DNA of 64,000 nucleotides from Pyrodictiaceae archaeon (GTDB taxonomy: Archaea; Thermoproteota; Thermoprotei_A; Sulfolobales; Pyrodictiaceae). The DNA lies in contig JALVSY010000007.1 in NCBI GenBank assembly GCA_027036135.1, forward strand, positions 196,880-260,879. The letters run 5' to 3'. The stretch's first letter is position 1. Each line of letters starts with the position of its first letter. This document shows positions 39,392 to 48,322 of this stretch, piece after piece. The notes below the pieces were generated by a model that did no database searches, had not been told where the DNA came from, and saw nothing but the letters and a program-made list of their open reading frames with translations. The position numbers and the translations under genes were made by a program.

Positions 39392-39473
39392 GAGAGACTC
39401 TCCGAAGCATTCCTGAAGATGAAGACCATTGCTCCTCGGCGACTTGTTATACCGGGCCGCAGGGAGACTCTCC
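39392..39473. promoter_or_regulatory. Duplicated palindrome G(A/G)GAG-A-CTCTC in the GNAT/acs divergent promoter
   Basis: GAGAGACTCTC at 39392-39402 and GGGAGACTCTC at 39462-39472, exactly 70 bp apart. Confidence 0.55.
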
Positions 39474-39597
39474 TCTATTTAGTGGAGGCCCGAATAAATA
39501 CTCATATGGTTATCATTGGTTAGCGTAACGCTTAATTTCGTCACTGGCCTAGCCTTCTAGCCCCGAGTATCGACTCTCGTCTAGAGGTGTATACTAT

Positions 39598-41580
39598 ATG
39601 GCAGAGGAGTTCACAGCGCTGCCCTTTAACGAGAAGTATTGGCCGGATCACGGCAAGTACATGGAGTTCTACAAGAAGAGTATCGAGGACATAGAGGCGT
39701 TCTGGGACGAGAGAGCAAGGGAGCTGATATGGATTAAGCACTGGGACCAGGTACTAGATGCCTCTAATCCACCGTTCTTCCGCTGGTTCAAGGGAGGAGT
39801 CACCAACATTAACCTAAACGCTCTCGATAAGTGGATAGGGACTAGTGTCGAGCACAAGGTGGCCTATTACTGGGAGGGCGAGCCCGGGGACCGGAAAGCT
39901 ATAACCTACAAGGAGCTATACCGCGAGGTCAACAAGTTCGCATGGGTTCTCCGAGAGATAATAGGCCTCAAGCCAGACGATACAGTGACCATCTATCTAC
40001 CCATGATACCAGAGCTACCGGTCTCGATGCTAGCAGTGACAAGGATAGGTGGTATACACAGCGTAGTCTTCTCCGGGTTCAGCGCCCAGGCCCTCGCCGA
40101 GAGAATAGTTGACGCGAAAGCCAAGGTGCTGATAACCGCTGACGGGTTCTATCGGAGAGGAAAAGTCATAGAGCTCAAGAAGGCAGCCGACGAAGCGATA
40201 AAGATTGCTGAGGAGCGCGGAGTCAAGGTAGAGAAAGTAATAGTTGTAAAGCGAGCCGGTAACGAGGTCCACATGGTTAGTGGCCGTGACTACTGGTACC
40301 ACGAGCTAATCAAGGAGGCGCCGGAGAAGGCTTATGTGAAGCCAGTGCCCAGGAAGGCAGATGACGTCCTCTTCATACTATATACGAGCGGCACCACTGG
40401 GAAGCCTAAGGGCATCATGCACAGCACCGGCGGCTACATGACATATGTCTATAACGTGTTTCGCTGGAACTGGGACCCACAGCCCCACGACATATACTGG
40501 TGCGCCGCCGACATCGGCTGGATAACCGGCCATACCTACATCGTCTATGGACCATTGATGCATGGAGTAACCCAGGTAATGTACGAGGGCGCCCCAGACT
40601 ACCCAGCACCAGACCGCATATGGGAGATGATCGAAAGATACGGCGTCACGATACTCTATACCAGTCCAACACTGCTACGACTCCTACGCCGCTACGGCGA
40701 CAAATGGATAGAGAAGCATGATCTCTCAACACTGAGGCTCCTAGGCAGCGTAGGCGAGCCAATAAACCCTGATGTATGGAAATGGTACTTCGAGAAAATA
40801 GGTGGCAAGAAGGCACCAATCGTTGACACATGGTGGCAGACCGAGACCGGCGCCGCAATGATATCCCCAGCTCCAGGCCTAGCCCTGGTGCCGCTCAAGC
40901 CAGGCAGCGCTACCGTGCCGCTACCAGGTATTGATGCCGACGTGTTCACCCCAGAGGGTAAGCCAGCTGAGCCCGGGAAGAAGGGCCTCCTCGTAATAAA
41001 GAAGCCGTGGCCAGGCATGCTCATGGGCATATGGGGTGATCCGCAGAGGTACATCAACACCTACTGGGCCAGGTTCAGCAAGCCAGAGGAGAACATCTGG
41101 ATCTACTACCCAGCAGACTACGCGATAAAGGACCACGAGGGCTACTTCTGGCTACTAGGCCGCGCAGACGAGGTACTAAACGTCGCTGGTCACCGCCTAG
41201 GAACAATCGAGATAGAGGACGCAGTAGTAGCCCACCCAGCTGTAAGCGAGGCAGCAGTAGTAGGAGCACCCGATCCAGTCAAGGGAGAGGTACCAGTAGC
41301 ATTCGTCGTTCTCAAGGCAGGCTATGAGCCAAGCGAGCAACTAGAGAAAGAAATCAAGGACACTGTGAGGAAGATAGTAGGCCCGATAGCAGTCCCGGCA
41401 AAGATACTATTCGTATCAAAGCTCCCGAAAACCAGGAGCGGCAAGATAATGAGAAGAATACTCATAAGCCTCATCAAGGGAAGACCAATAGGCGACATCT
41501 CAACACTAGAAGACCCATCAGCCGTAGAAGAGGTAAAGAAGGCGGTAGAAGAGTTCAAGAAGCTCATGCAACAAGCCTAG
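39598..41580 (+). CDS. acs: AMP-forming acetyl-CoA synthetase
   Basis: YTSGTTGKPKG, GWITGH, DTWWQTETG and LPKTRSGKIMRR including the acetylatable Lys. Confidence 0.97.
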   Translation: MAEEFTALPFNEKYWPDHGKYMEFYKKSIEDIEAFWDERARELIWIKHWDQVLDASNPPFFRWFKGGVTNINLNALDKWIGTSVEHKVAYYWEGEPGDRKAITYKELYREVNKFAWVLREIIGLKPDDTVTIYLPMIPELPVSMLAVTRIGGIHSVVFSGFSAQALAERIVDAKAKVLITADGFYRRGKVIELKKAADEAIKIAEERGVKVEKVIVVKRAGNEVHMVSGRDYWYHELIKEAPEKAYVKPVPRKADDVLFILYTSGTTGKPKGIMHSTGGYMTYVYNVFRWNWDPQPHDIYWCAADIGWITGHTYIVYGPLMHGVTQVMYEGAPDYPAPDRIWEMIERYGVTILYTSPTLLRLLRRYGDKWIEKHDLSTLRLLGSVGEPINPDVWKWYFEKIGGKKAPIVDTWWQTETGAAMISPAPGLALVPLKPGSATVPLPGIDADVFTPEGKPAEPGKKGLLVIKKPWPGMLMGIWGDPQRYINTYWARFSKPEENIWIYYPADYAIKDHEGYFWLLGRADEVLNVAGHRLGTIEIEDAVVAHPAVSEAAVVGAPDPVKGEVPVAFVVLKAGYEPSEQLEKEIKDTVRKIVGPIAVPAKILFVSKLPKTRSGKIMRRILISLIKGRPIGDISTLEDPSAVEEVKKAVEEFKKLMQQA

Positions 41581-41681
41581 CCCCATACCCCGGTTTTTAG
41601 CAACCCACGCCCCGACCCTACCCAGCCCTTATCCATGCACAGGTACGAGCTCCCAGGCTAGCTAGGAGTATGCATCCCTGA

Positions 41682-42245
41682 GTGAGTGCCTTGGCCGAGG
41701 AGAAACAAGTCTGGGCAAACCCGGCCGCACTGGGACTAGCCGGGTTCGGACTAACAACCACAGTGCTCAACCTAGCCAACATGGGTATTATAAGCGGTAC
41801 AGGGCTCACGGTGGCGTACGGCTACGCTTACGGTGGACTAGCCCAGGTCATAGCTGGTATTATAGAGTTTAGGCGCAACAACCTCTTTGGCGGAACAGCT
41901 TTTACATCGTACGGGCTCTTCTGGATCGGCTTCGCGCTACTCAACTCGCTGAAAACCCTGCCACCGACAAGCCACGGGGAACTAGCAGCATGGATGTTCA
42001 TGTGGGGCATCTTCACTCTTTACCTAGCGATTGCCGCTAAGCTTCTGAAGGAGAGAGCGGTTACCGTTGTATTGGCGCTACTAGTGATACTATTCTTCCT
42101 ACTATCAGCCGCATTTGCCGCGAATAGCAGCACCCTACTCAAAATAGCCGGAGCCGAGGGAATAGCTACTGGATTATCAGCAGTCTATACATCCGCAGCT
42201 ATAGTAATAAACGACGCGGCAGGTAGACAAGTACTGCCAGTCTAA
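41682..42245 (+). CDS. satP: Acetate uptake transporter (SatP/GPR1/FUN34/YaaH family)
   Basis: ANPAALGLAGF and AFTSYGLFW signatures; directly downstream of acs. Confidence 0.92.
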   Translation: MSALAEEKQVWANPAALGLAGFGLTTTVLNLANMGIISGTGLTVAYGYAYGGLAQVIAGIIEFRRNNLFGGTAFTSYGLFWIGFALLNSLKTLPPTSHGELAAWMFMWGIFTLYLAIAAKLLKERAVTVVLALLVILFFLLSAAFAANSSTLLKIAGAEGIATGLSAVYTSAAIVINDAAGRQVLPV

Positions 42246-42313
42246 GACCCTGGAAAGAGTTGAGGAGAGGCCCCTCTAGCCCTACATGCATTTTTGTCTC
42301 TTTGTCATCCTTT

Positions 42314-42817
42314 TTACTCTTCGCGCTTCGCTAGCTCCCGGTCAAGGGCCAGGAGAGCCACAGGGTTATCTCCTACGAGCTTCACCTTCGCTAAGAGACC
42401 CTGTGCTAGCTTCTCCTCCTCAACCTGCTCCTCGACGAACCAGTTGAGGAAGACCTCCGTAGCCTTATCGCCCTCCTCGCGAGCCACGTCAACAAGCCGC
42501 CATATCCTCCTGGTATTCTCCTCCTCGGAGCGAACGAAATCGCTTACAGCGCTGAGTATACTGTCCCAGCTTTGCTTCGGTGCAGGTACGTCGCTTAGCA
42601 CTACCCTGCCGCCTCTGTCGAGGATGTAGTCGTAGATCTTCATAGCGTGGCCCAGCTCCTCCCTAGCCTGTACCCGGAAGAAGTGAGAGAACCCACTGAG
42701 GCCCTTCTCGGCGAAGAAACTCGCCATTGCTAGGTAGAGGTAGGCGTTGCGAAGCTCCGCGTTAAGCTGCTCATTAAGAGCGCGGAACACTTTCTCCGAA
42801 GACACAGCAATTAACAC
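42314..42817 (-). CDS. ftnA: Non-heme ferritin
   Basis: LNEQLNAEL..AYLYLAM, QAREELGHAMK and FLNWFVEEQVEEE ferroxidase ligands. Confidence 0.93.
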   Translation of the reverse strand: MLIAVSSEKVFRALNEQLNAELRNAYLYLAMASFFAEKGLSGFSHFFRVQAREELGHAMKIYDYILDRGGRVVLSDVPAPKQSWDSILSAVSDFVRSEEENTRRIWRLVDVAREEGDKATEVFLNWFVEEQVEEEKLAQGLLAKVKLVGDNPVALLALDRELAKREE

Positions 42818-42901
42818 CAGTTAAACAAGGCGATTAAGGTGGTATAAATATGCAGTGTTCACGTACAGAATAAAATTCTATAACCCGGTGCACAGGGTCT
42901 A

Positions 42902-43774
42902 CTAAAATCTGACAACTAGCCTAGAGACAGGGCTCAGACTAGTAACGGGATAAACTTGTTCAGGCTTTGCAGGAGGTTCTAGTAAAGCAGCAACCGCTCT
43001 TAACGACCCCTCATGTTCGTCGATAAACGCTATTACTGGTCTAACCTCCCGGTTCAAGACCTCGGCAAGAGCTTGGGCTGAGAATACAATCTTATACTTA
43101 AACACGGAATACCTCCTAATGATAACACGATCACGGCTCCTAACCGTCCTAGTGAGAGCCTTAGCTTCGAGAGCATACACATTTAATCGGCCGAGCACAG
43201 CATCTACCTCAACTTGTCCGCTATAGGTATACGCATTAGAGCGAGCTGACGGCTGGAACTTGAACTCTGTATGTCCGAAACGGAGTGAAGGAATAGTATA
43301 AACGGGGCCGCTACCGCCCTCTAGGATTCTAATAAGCTCCAGAGCGGCAATAGACGCTAAAGCCTCCACGCCCATTTGCCTCGCTAAGGAAGAAATCCAA
43401 GAGGGCAAGTTACGTATTTCCCCGAGAGACTGTGCTCTCATAAGGTCATTGCTTCTCAATGCCTCGTGAATATACTCTGGGCTAGCTCTACAAACAATAA
43501 ACATAGCTCTACCTGTATGATACTGGCCAAGCCTCACTACGTATACATTCTGTTTTCGAAGCTCGGCTGGCAGATTCTCTACTACATCGATCGACACTAC
43601 CTCTGGAGCCTTGAGACGCCTACAGAAATCCTCCTCGCTTATCCGTTTACAGACATCGTATAGGCTAAGAGGGTCACTACACCAACCCTCATTAAGCCTC
43701 TCAATAATATGCTTCATCTCGGGGCTCGCTAGGAATAGTCTCCAAAAACGTGCAGACACTGCAAGCCCTGCCAA
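42902..43774 (-). CDS. Putative PD-(D/E)XK restriction-like endonuclease
   Basis: QVEVDAV...YALEAK catalytic-type motif; N-terminal IDVVENLP..L......VVRLG; atypical composition. Confidence 0.6.
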   Translation of the reverse strand: MAGLAVSARFWRLFLASPEMKHIIERLNEGWCSDPLSLYDVCKRISEEDFCRRLKAPEVVSIDVVENLPAELRKQNVYVVRLGQYHTGRAMFIVCRASPEYIHEALRSNDLMRAQSLGEIRNLPSWISSLARQMGVEALASIAALELIRILEGGSGPVYTIPSLRFGHTEFKFQPSARSNAYTYSGQVEVDAVLGRLNVYALEAKALTRTVRSRDRVIIRRYSVFKYKIVFSAQALAEVLNREVRPVIAFIDEHEGSLRAVAALLEPPAKPEQVYPVTSLSPVSRLVVRF

Positions 43775-43817
43775 GCAGTAAATGAGAGCCTCAATAAAAC
43801 ATTATATTTTAGATGTC

Positions 43818-44399
43818 TTAGTAAGTAGATGCTAGCCTTTCTCTGAGTCTTTGAAGCGCCTCCTCGTGGTCCTTAGTCCATTTCTTTGACCACTCTAGCT
43901 TTGGCTTGGCTCGTTTTTCTATGATATTAACTAACTTCTCTAGAAGATAGAGCGTGTCTCTTGCCGCTTCTTCTCGGCTCCTGTACCTGCTTAGTGCTAG
44001 GTCTGGGTCGGGGCCGTGGTACTGGTAGTCGTGTAAATCAAGGGCAATGGAGGTATAGCCGTGGTAGCCAGTATAACCTGCTTTCTCTACTAGTAGCGCT
44101 AGTGATTTAAGCCTACTACTTGGTATCCTTGGAATACCTTTCCCGATTAACCACTCCTTATCCTTGTTCCCTAGCTCTTTGCCCAGCTTGTCTATCTCTA
44201 AGGCTAGGAGGGCACCAGTTAGGGCTCTCCATGCCTGGAAGGTCTTGCCAGCAGCATTACGGGTGTAACCCTTATCAAGGAATTCGAGGGCAATTAGTCC
44301 CTCTAACAAAGCCTCTAGGATGCGGGCAGAGGCATAGCCTAGTAGATCCCGTTGAGGCTTCGGAAGAGGCTTCTCTAACTGCTCTGCCGCTGACACCAC
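43818..44399 (-). CDS. PaREP1-family protein
   Basis: LEKPLPKP, TRNAAGK.FQAWRA and LHDYQYHGPD. Confidence 0.88.
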   Translation of the reverse strand: MVSAAEQLEKPLPKPQRDLLGYASARILEALLEGLIALEFLDKGYTRNAAGKTFQAWRALTGALLALEIDKLGKELGNKDKEWLIGKGIPRIPSSRLKSLALLVEKAGYTGYHGYTSIALDLHDYQYHGPDPDLALSRYRSREEAARDTLYLLEKLVNIIEKRAKPKLEWSKKWTKDHEEALQRLRERLASTY

Positions 44400-44449
44400 C
44401 TATAACCCTAGGACAACTTGTTCAAAAAGACTCCTAAAAGTTCATAGTT

Positions 44450-44696
44450 AGGCTAAGAATTAAGGCTAGCCCAAGGGATAGATAATTATACCTAGGACTC
44501 TTGTTGAGCATACCATATAGCTGAAGGGGACTATACTATGCTTGAACCAAGAGAAAGTGAGCTACGAATACGTGGCGCGCCACCTCCGGAGGAGGTTCTT
44601 TAATGGATTCGCGAGAGAAGGGCCCGATTAAGAGCCAATAGGGCTAGACTCGGCGAGTTAGCAGATATTAATCTCGAGGAGGAATTCGAGAATTAA
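44450..44696 (+). pseudogene. AbrB/MazE-type antitoxin remnant
   Basis: Fragments LRIKASP/IIIPRTL/YHIAEGDY...LGELADINLEEEFEN with frameshifts and stops. Confidence 0.6.
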
Positions 44697-45099
44697 GAGT
44701 ATTTGTTGACGTTAATGTACTCATATACCTCAATACCCCATTACCAGAAAAGGGAGACGAGACTAATCGAGAAGTTTTGGCTTAACCTAGTCAAGTACCA
44801 CGAGCTATACACAAATGTCCTAGTACTCAACGAGACTATATATCTCGCTGAAGAAATACAATATATCTCCCACGGAAACCATAGAGCTGATAGATAAGGC
44901 CGTGCTACCATATATGGACGTCCTATCCCTAGGATTAGAGGAGTACTTGCTGGCCAAGAAGTTCATGACGCTGTATAACCTGGAGCCATCAGACGCCCTA
45001 CATGCTGCTACTATTATAGCTAATAGGCTTGACGCGATAGCGGGCGAAAATAGAGACTTCGACCGAGCAGGCATTAAGAGAATGTGGATACGAGAGTAA
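44693..45099 (+). pseudogene. vapC: VapC (PIN) toxin with two frameshifts
   Basis: RVFVDVNVLIY / TNVLVLNETIY / KKYNIS..LEPSDALHAAT...RDFD spread across three frames. Confidence 0.8.
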
Positions 45100-45212
45100 T
45101 TTAAACAACGGCTTCTTTATTCATTAAGCGATAACGCGAATACACGTAGCTAGCACATGGCAAGCTAAGCCACTATCGCCCGCGCCATGGGCCATCAGAG
45201 AGGGTTATTGTA

Positions 45213-45722
45213 TTATTTTAGCTCCATTCTGGATGCTAATTCTCGTAACACGCTCTCCAAGCTTTTCCCGGATAATAGCTTCTCCACCGCAATAGTGTCC
45301 AATGCAATATATCTCTGCGTCCTAAACCTGTACTTAATGATAGCTTTGTCCTCGGTCCATATAGGTATACCAAGCTTTAGTGCCAAAGCTATGAATGGCG
45401 TATCCTTGGGATCAAAATTCCTTGCAATGATATAGGCCTCTCTGATCTTATCGCTATAAAGCTCTCTTGGGACGATATGGATGAGCATAAATGCCAGCAT
45501 CGCTTTAACTTCGAAGTCGCTAAGAGAGTACCTCTTAAGTTTCTCAACGTGTTTATGGAACTCGATAAGCGCTTCCTCTGGCATAAAAAGATCAAGCTCA
45601 TATTTCTCGATAACACGATAAGCCCTGGAACGCTTGCCAGCTATAATAATCGTGAATAGTACATTACTATCGATTATTAGAGCAAAGCCTTCTTCCTGTA
45701 CTCTTTCTCTAGGCTCCTCCAT
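45213..45722 (-). CDS. vapC: PIN-domain toxin
   Basis: IIDSNVLF and FDPKDTPFIALALKL..PIWTED. Confidence 0.88.
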   Translation of the reverse strand: MEEPRERVQEEGFALIIDSNVLFTIIIAGKRSRAYRVIEKYELDLFMPEEALIEFHKHVEKLKRYSLSDFEVKAMLAFMLIHIVPRELYSDKIREAYIIARNFDPKDTPFIALALKLGIPIWTEDKAIIKYRFRTQRYIALDTIAVEKLLSGKSLESVLRELASRMELK

Positions 45723-45922
45723 ACCTCGTTCCTCGTCTCCTCGAACTCTTTAAGGGCTTTCTCCAAATCAATATCAACGCCTTCCTCGAGATAGCTAAGA
45801 ACAAGCTTTTTAGCTAGTCTACGCGAAAGCCCCTCAGCAACCCAGCGAATAACATCCCTCTCCGAGACATCCTCTGGAACTTTAATAACAATAACCTTAG
45901 CCATGCACTTACCCCAATACAC
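45677..45922 (-). CDS. Putative antitoxin (VapB-like)
   Basis: Small ORF overlapping vapC; KVIVIKVPE RHH-like start. Confidence 0.7.
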   Translation of the reverse strand: MYWGKCMAKVIVIKVPEDVSERDVIRWVAEGLSRRLAKKLVLSYLEEGVDIDLEKALKEFEETRNEVWRSLEKEYRKKALL

Positions 45923-46079
45923 TACTGCGCTATGAGCCCAATAAATTTAGCGAAGAACACCAAGCAGAACACAGCATGACAAGATTAATCCTAATAGCTA
46001 ACTAATGAGGAGAAGCTTCCGCCTATACCCAGGATGGATTTGTATTAAGCCATAGACTCCGGAGACCACGGCAATACCG

Positions 46080-46235
46080 GGGAAACCTCATTAAAGTATG
46101 CGAAACTGGTCTGATAACAAACATGTCTATATAACTAATGTGTTAATGCTCGATGACTAATTCTATGAGCACAAAAATACAGCATAGAGCCTTTAAGTAA
46201 TACCCATTACTGACCTGGTACAGATTAGTATTAGC
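46080..46235 (+). pseudogene. Possible relic of a further VapC copy
   Basis: Fragments TNVLMLD and QKYSIEP echo TNVLVLNE and KKYNISP of the 44693 pseudogene; heavily degraded. Confidence 0.3.
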
Positions 46236-46278
46236 AAATCGCTTTTGCCTATTAACTAGAGCAGCAGGGGCGAGTGTA

Positions 46279-46848
46279 TTGATGCTGAGCAAGGCCCTGG
46301 AGAAGCCGCTGTCTAGGCATGAGAAGAGCCTAAGGGGCTATGCATCTGCCCGCGTACTGGAAGCCCTGCTAGAGAGCATGCTGGCCCTTGAGTTCCTCGC
46401 AAGGGGCTATACCAGGAATGCCGCTGGTAAGGCCTTCCAGGCATGGAGAGCCCTTACAGCAGCTCTACTAGCCCTAGAGAGGGACAAGATAGCTGCGAGG
46501 CTAGATAGTGAGCAGAGAAAATGGCTGCTCCGGGTAGCTATACCTCGTGTGCCCAGTACTAGGCTAAAGCCGCTAAGCAACCTAGTAGAGGAGGCCGGGT
46601 ACCCGAACTACGGCCCCTATACTGACCGCGTACTAAACCTCCATGATTATCAGTGCCATGGCCCAGACCTGGCACTAAGCAAGTACAGGAGCCGAGGAGA
46701 AGCAGCCCAGGACATACTCTACGTTATTAAGCGACTAGTAGAGATCATTGAGAGACGTATTAAGCCTCGGTTAGAAAAGGAGAAATTACGGAACAAGGAA
46801 CACCAAGAAGCTTTAGAAAAGCTTCGACGATTAATTAAACAACAGTAA
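46279..46848 (+). CDS. PaREP1-family protein, paralogue of 43818-44399
   Basis: GYASAR.LEALLE, YTRNAAGKAFQAWRA and LHDYQCHGPD. Confidence 0.88.
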   Translation: MMLSKALEKPLSRHEKSLRGYASARVLEALLESMLALEFLARGYTRNAAGKAFQAWRALTAALLALERDKIAARLDSEQRKWLLRVAIPRVPSTRLKPLSNLVEEAGYPNYGPYTDRVLNLHDYQCHGPDLALSKYRSRGEAAQDILYVIKRLVEIIERRIKPRLEKEKLRNKEHQEALEKLRRLIKQQ

Positions 46849-46961
46849 ATCTCTACAAGGCAACACAGGGAAGTAACCAGAGAAATTCACGGCTGCCGTA
46901 GTTAACTCCCCGAGGCCTGACAGGCAGAAGAAGGAGAAGAATGGGGATTCTAAAGAAGAGC

Positions 46962-47040
46962 TGGTGCGGCGGCCGGGATTTGAACCCGGGATCACCGGCT
47001 TGGGAGGCCGGCGTCCTAGTCCAGGCTAGACGACCGCCGC
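46962..47040 (-). tRNA. tRNA-Gly(CCC) with encoded CCA, no intron
   Basis: Reverse complement GCGGCGG...CCGGC-CTCCCAA-GCCGG...GTTCAAAT...CCGCCGC-ACCA folds as a cloverleaf. Confidence 0.97.
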
Positions 47041-47170
47041 TTCCGTGTCGTGTGGTAGCTTTCTATGTGTGGAGGTTTATTTGGGTAGCTCCATACGTTT
47101 TGGTTTCTGTGCGTGTTTCTTTTTAGGGCCTGGTGTTTGCTTGTCTTTCCGTGGCTTGGGGTGTTTTCTT

Positions 47171-47737
47171 GTGTCTGAGACTGTTAGGGCGTTTATCGCT
47201 ATTGATATAGAGGATCCCCGTGTTATTGCCCGGCTTGTTGCTATTCGTGACGCGTTTGTTGCTACTGGTGCTCCTATGAAGCCTGTTGAGGACCAGAATC
47301 TCCATATTACTATTAGGTTTCTCGGTAATATCCCGCTTAGCCTTGCCGACGATATCCGAGGGGTTATTGAGGCTGCTAGGCCTCGTCGCGTGGTTATTCG
47401 TCTCCGCGGCGTGGGGGCGTTTCCTAGTACGCGTAACCCGAGGGTTATCTGGGTAGGTGTCGCTGATGGCGCGGAGGAGCTTACGAGGATTTACCGCGTG
47501 ATTGAGGCTGGTCTTCGCCGCCTAGGGTTCCGGCCCGAGAGGGAGGAGTTTGTGCCTCATGTTACTCTCGCGCGTATCAAGGGGAGGAGGGACATTGAGC
47601 GTGTTGTGAAGCTTCTCCACGAGCTCGCCGAGGAGGATATCGGCGAGATAGTGTTGGAGGCTGTTAGGCTCAAGCAGAGTATCCTTACCCGGAGCGGGCC
47701 TATCTATAAGACGCTAAGGGAAGTAAAAGCGGTTTAG
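47171..47737 (+). CDS. thpR: RNA 2',3'-cyclic phosphodiesterase (2H family)
   Basis: RAFIAIDI, LHITIRFLG and PHVTLAR (two HxT motifs); start reassigned to GTG 47171. Confidence 0.93.
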   Translation: MSETVRAFIAIDIEDPRVIARLVAIRDAFVATGAPMKPVEDQNLHITIRFLGNIPLSLADDIRGVIEAARPRRVVIRLRGVGAFPSTRNPRVIWVGVADGAEELTRIYRVIEAGLRRLGFRPEREEFVPHVTLARIKGRRDIERVVKLLHELAEEDIGEIVLEAVRLKQSILTRSGPIYKTLREVKAV

Positions 47738-47749
47738 GAGCATTACTTT

Positions 47750-48322
47750 CTAGTCCTTGTTGCTCTCGCTCTCGTTTGCGTTATTCTTCTTACTAGCAAT
47801 ACTGCCGAGCTTCTGAATAGTTTTCTTTAAGGCTCTTACTAGTAACGCGTAGTTTGGAGCCTTGTCCTCTAGGCATTTATAAAGATCGTCTATCCAAGGA
47901 TCTATGTATCTTTTCGCGAACTCGTAAGCAACCTCTGGGCTCTTCTCGCTTATCGCGGACATGTATTCTAACATAACCGGCAGGAAGTCTGGTAGCTCCT
48001 TCTTTATGGGAACATCATATCCCGTTGCTTTAAAGAACATCTTTATCTCTAAAAGGTACTGGCCCACTTGTTCCTGTTTATTTTTCAAGGTATAGTGATG
48101 CGCGTAGAGAGGGCACTGAACCGGCATCTCGAATATAGATACATAAAATTCGTCAGCGTCCTCGGGATTAATGCTGTTAAGGAACTCATAGATCAAGCGA
48201 GCAGATTCCTCGTCCTCGGTTGCAAGTATCTTGTAGACATCTTCTTTAACCTCTACTAATTCTCTAAACTCATCACGAGGATAATCAAATAATATTGACA
48301 GAGTCTTTAACAAGTATTTCAC
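47750..48322 (-). CDS. narJ: Nitrate reductase molybdenum cofactor chaperone (NarJ/TorD family)
   Basis: LSILFDYP, YVSIFE....CPLY and ELPDFLPVMLEY. Confidence 0.88.
   Translation of the reverse strand: MKYLLKTLSILFDYPRDEFRELVEVKEDVYKILATEDEESARLIYEFLNSINPEDADEFYVSIFEMPVQCPLYAHHYTLKNKQEQVGQYLLEIKMFFKATGYDVPIKKELPDFLPVMLEYMSAISEKSPEVAYEFAKRYIDPWIDDLYKCLEDKAPNYALLVRALKKTIQKLGSIASKKNNANESESNKD

Noticed and set aside
39390-39445. C/D box sRNA in the acs promoter (CTGA followed by ATGAAGA)
   Set aside because: No convincing terminal C and D boxes, and I could not identify a guide target.
42820-42905. att-site duplication of the tRNA-Gly 3' end at the left edge of the islet
   Set aside because: No copy of TGGTGCGGCGGCCGGG is visible; only a chance-level CCGGTGC match.
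44448-44474. DtxR-like box (TAAGGCTAGCCCAA)
   Set aside because: Partial match inside an antitoxin pseudogene, 1.6 kb from the ferritin start; probably chance.
46941-47170. 61-aa ORF and the long N-terminal extension of thpR
   Set aside because: They overlap the tRNA gene and its promoter; the conserved ThpR sequence begins at GTG 47171.
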